DNA of 62,252 nt, filler included, from Rhabdomonas costata (taxonomy: Eukaryota), in NCBI GenBank assembly GCA_019059605.1. It is 32 parts of 32 records of this genome, joined end to end, with 100 filler letters (N's around TTAATTAATTAA, not from the genome) between each part and the next. Parts side by side here need not be neighbours in the genome. Positions count along the whole stretch, not along the records: positions 60,403 to 62,252 come from JAHMHO010008254.1; 31 more parts are not named here. One strand, 5' to 3'. A program made the position numbers and the translations under genes. How positions within the stretch are numbered: position 1 is the first letter of the stretch; each line of letters starts with the position of its first letter. The notes beneath the pieces are model-generated. The model saw nothing but the letters and a program-made list of their open reading frames with translations. It was not told where the DNA came from and did not search any database. This document shows positions 61,167 through 62,252 of the stretch, piece after piece.

Positions 61167-62252
61167 AGGGCCTCATCTCGGGACGGTGGTGGGCGTACGC
61201 CTTCGTGCATCGGTCCTGCCCTCCTTCGGCTTTCTTCCTTCTCCACAGCGCAGTGTGGTTGGTTGTGCTTGGTGCCTTTTTTCCCACGTTGGCTGCAACT
61301 CTTGCGGAGGGCTTTGGGCTGTGGTGGAGAGCCGATTGGGGAAGGGGCCTGTGGTGTTGTGTGCCTGCACAGTGGTGTGTGCCTGCTTCCTTGAGCCTTG
61401 GTCTTACGCTGGAAGGAGATGGCTGCCGGGAGGGAATTTTAAATGATCTCAGAAATCAGTTCTTCCTTTCCAGTAGAACTTTTCCGTGTGTCAAAAGTTC
61501 TGGCGGAAGCCTGTTTGGTGAAGCGGTGCATCGCAAGCGTTCCTAAATCTGAAGGGGTACTGGGGTACTGGGCTTCGGTAATCTGATTTTATATCGCAGC
61601 AGAACTACAGTCTTCGAGCTGGGCCTGTTTTAAATGGCAAATTCAGAAGTGGGTTCACTGCGAACCGTGAAGTGAAATGTGCAGGATATCGGTCAATTGT
61701 CGTCACGCTTCCCCTCCCCTCGCTAGCGATGGCCTTCACCTCTTATTTCCCATCGGTGTCCCCTGTTTTTGTTTTCCCTTCGCAGCTCTGTGTTGTCGTT
61801 TGTTGATAGTCTTTGCTGTGGGCTCCACACCACCTATCTATTGTTTCCCCTCTGTGAGTGTGCCTGCCTCCGTAATTGGGGGCCCCCCCTCCCGGCTCGG
61901 CGTTCGAGCGGAGGGGCCTGCGAGTACCTAAACCTTTTGAGAAGGCAACCGCACGGCGGTCGCGACCTGTCTGAGTGACCACACCTGAGTTGAAAGAGAG
62001 ACCTGTGACCTTTGTGAGTTTGTGCTGCTGCACCCTTGGCATCTTGTCGTACGTTTTCCCGAAAACTGTAGGCGCCCGGGGCGTCGAGTTTTGGGGCGTT
62101 TCTCGTCGTTCTTAGCCAGTGGCCCTCCGCTAAGCTCTGCAAAGCGGACGGTGTGAGGGCTTGCGAGTGGCGAAGCCTCTGGGGCTCACCACTTCCTCTC
62201 ATCATTGCTCTTGGGTATGCTCTCTCGCGACCCTCTCCCGCCCCCCACCACC

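Overview
This is not one locus. The window is a concatenation of 32 unrelated contigs of about 1.83-1.86 kb, joined by 31 artificial 100-nt spacers (N44-TTAATTAATTAA-N44), so no synteny can be inferred across spacers. The DNA is eukaryotic, intron-rich and mostly GT-AG, so most entries in the ORF track are spurious or intron-interrupted. A paraflagellar-rod family gene and a kinetoplastid-type fumarate reductase exon point to a euglenozoan, probably a euglenid or diplonemid given the intron density (inference). Manually spliced gene fragments: TFIIH subunit TFB4 (with a 19-nt micro-exon), a divergent IF2-like GTPase, DHHC palmitoyltransferase, EXD1-like 3'-5' exonuclease, PFR-like protein, fumarate reductase, Cache-like sensor, LamG/pentraxin secreted protein, exocyst Sec15, lipoyl synthase, class III cyclase (with a duplicated exon), BIG/Sec7 ARF-GEF, RPS18, a signal-peptide TPR protein and an ankyrin exon. 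Mobile DNA: three fragments of a CRE-like RLE non-LTR retrotransposon, a Tc1/mariner remnant, MITE-like inverted repeats and the 5' end of an LTR-type retrotransposon. The most striking signal is in the leader of that LTR-type element (41675-42011): a polarised array of ~42-nt hairpin repeats, each an LTR-end + primer-binding-site-like unit with structure-preserving substitutions, upstream of gag. All family assignments come from motif recognition by eye; no database searches were run.
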